NCBI GenBank assembly: GCA_964597495.1
Contig: CAZQYC010000039.1
Location: 1 to 34,861 of the forward strand
DNA length: 34,861 nt
From: an uncultured Steroidobacteraceae bacterium
GTDB taxonomy: Bacteria; Pseudomonadota; Gammaproteobacteria; Steroidobacterales; Steroidobacteraceae
Direction of reading: 5' to 3'
The position numbers were made by a program, and so were the translations under genes. This document shows positions 34,501 to 34,861 of the stretch, piece after piece (position 1 is the stretch's first letter; every line of letters begins with the position of its first letter). The notes below the pieces were generated by a model. The model made no database searches, was not told where the DNA came from, and was given only the letters and a program-made list of their open reading frames with translations.

Positions 34501-34861
34501 ATTCTTACTAGCTCGGGACTCTCACCCTCAACATCGCCTACGACACACATCGCGTGTTGTTCTGAACACGGAAGTGCGAATGCGGCGGAGCGCATGGACG
34601 CGCAGAAGCCGCAAGCGAAGACGGCAGTTAAGTGACGTCGGCGCGTGTGTGCGACACAAGGGTGAGAGCCCTTGATCTATTTCAAGTTGTTAAACAGCGT
34701 CCTGTCCGAACGTGCGGAGCAGGGGACCGTGCGCGCGAACGCACGAATCCGTTCGAGGGCTTAACCTCGCGGACTGGACACTTTGGGGTGGTTTTTGCCG
34801 ACTCTGAGTTGATTCTCAGGTGGCTGGCTCCCTTTAGGTGCCCCGTCCGGCTTATGCCTTC

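Noticed and set aside
34800-34861. CCGGCTTAT near the window end resembles the conserved RNase P RNA 3' strand (ACAGAACCCGGCTTA)
   Set aside because: Only an 8-mer matches. The universally conserved AGGAAAGTCCGGGCTCC P4 strand and the GGGCAGG elements are absent upstream, and chance occurrence is likely.

Overview
This 34.9-kb window is a bacterial chromosomal segment of roughly 58-60% GC. It has two halves.

The left ~14 kb looks like ordinary chromosome. It holds a 5'-truncated Ski2-like DExH helicase with a PD-(D/E)xK-like C-terminal domain, a class-C-like serine hydrolase, and a benzoate-CoA-ligase-family gene divergent from a BzdR/BoxR-type regulator (XRE helix-turn-helix fused to a shikimate-kinase-like domain). 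Next comes a cluster of secreted or envelope proteins: a PHB-depolymerase-family esterase, a Sel1-like repeat protein, a DsbA lipoprotein and a 1211-aa multidomain protein that carries an internal 2 x 531-bp tandem duplication.

The right ~20 kb is accessory and mobile in character. It contains: a decayed 3' fragment of an HNH endonuclease gene; a DUF1566 gene; a HipA-like kinase with a fused winged helix-turn-helix, followed by a y4mF-type HTH gene; a complete IS3-family element with a -1 frameshift site, nested inside an IS66-family remnant; an ECF-sigma-like ORF; a four-gene Wadjet (jetABCD) operon with ATGA start/stop overlaps, bounded by ~150-bp imperfect direct repeats that end in a tRNA-like T-arm/acceptor-CCA module; an SPFH/band-7 gene; and a 3.7-kb minus-strand array of about 17 tRNA or tRNA-like genes. 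Several array members are degenerate or non-canonical. The array is interleaved with perfect hairpins, a conserved-loop stem-loop motif, and an intact HNH endonuclease gene. No CRISPR array or rRNA was seen.
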